From contig JBBRSP010000019.1 in the NCBI GenBank assembly GCA_038245295.1, positions 37,925 to 101,924 on the forward strand: 64,000 nt of DNA, written 5' to 3'. The notes below the pieces were generated by a model that saw only the letters and a list, made by a program, of their open reading frames with translations, searched no databases and had not been told where the DNA came from. This document shows positions 63,622 to 64,000 of this stretch, piece by piece. Position 1 is the first letter of the stretch. Each line of letters opens with the position of its first letter. The translations under genes and the position numbers were made by a program. Source of the DNA: Candidatus Binatia bacterium (lineage in GTDB: Bacteria; Desulfobacterota; Binatia; HRBIN30).

Positions 63622-64000
63622 ATGACGACACGTGTAGTTGCGGCGATGGTGGCAGTATTGCTTTTGGGTTCCAGGCAAGCGTGGGGGACGGTTGATCTTG
63701 TCCCGACGGCCTTCGGCCCTCCCGCAACGATGTACGCTGGCGAAATTTCCTCCGTCTCATTCACGGTCCTCAATCAGGGCGACGCACAAACTGGCGGCAA
63801 TTCCTGGGTCGACCGGGTCTACCTCTCCACCGACGCCGTGCTCGACGGCGGTGACACCGTGGTTGGAAGCCTGATCCACTCAGGCTTCCTTGCCGCCTCC
63901 GCCAGCTACACTCAGAACCTCAACGTCTCGATCGCCATATCGGTAAACGCCGGCAGCTACTTCCTGCTGTTTCACGTCGACGACAACAGCAACATTGGCG
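63622..64000 (+). CDS. Secreted CARDB-domain protein, runs off the window end
   Basis: Own translation: MTTRVVAAMVAVLLLG...DLVP...VSFTVLNQG...WVDRVYLSTDAVLDGGD...GSYFLLFHVD. Confidence 0.8.
   Translation, partial: MTTRVVAAMVAVLLLGSRQAWGTVDLVPTAFGPPATMYAGEISSVSFTVLNQGDAQTGGNSWVDRVYLSTDAVLDGGDTVVGSLIHSGFLAASASYTQNLNVSIAISVNAGSYFLLFHVDDNSNIG

Overview
GC-rich bacterial chromosomal window containing the replication origin. Gene order (hemL-atpZ/I/B/E split ATP synthase operon, cinA-recA-pilT-recX-alaS) and Cys-flanked dockerin-like tails suggest a deltaproteobacterium-like lineage, possibly Candidatus Binatia (inference). The right half is mostly core genes: dNK-panBCD, frameshifted prfB, ybeY, phoH, alaS, recX, pilT, recA, cinA, pgpA, atp, hemL, oriC/dnaA-dnaN-gyrB-gyrA (no recF). 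These are followed by a TTQ amine dehydrogenase cluster and decayed accessory DNA. The left half is accessory. Highlights: (1) a candidate biosynthetic cluster (about 1.5-13.6 kb) with a NosL-like radical SAM tryptophan lyase, flavin halogenase, ACP, stand-alone condensation-like protein, two adenylating enzymes, methyltransferase and 2OG oxygenase, but no thiopeptide machinery; (2) a family of ~160-bp MITEs that carry copies of their own palindromic target and nest inside each other with 4-bp duplications; (3) a candidate two-state RNA switch in the panB leader; (4) a secreted cytochrome c-like/copper-monooxygenase-like/dockerin-like fusion protein. No rRNA, tRNA or CRISPR array was seen. Protein family calls rest on motif recognition and recalled sequences, not database searches.
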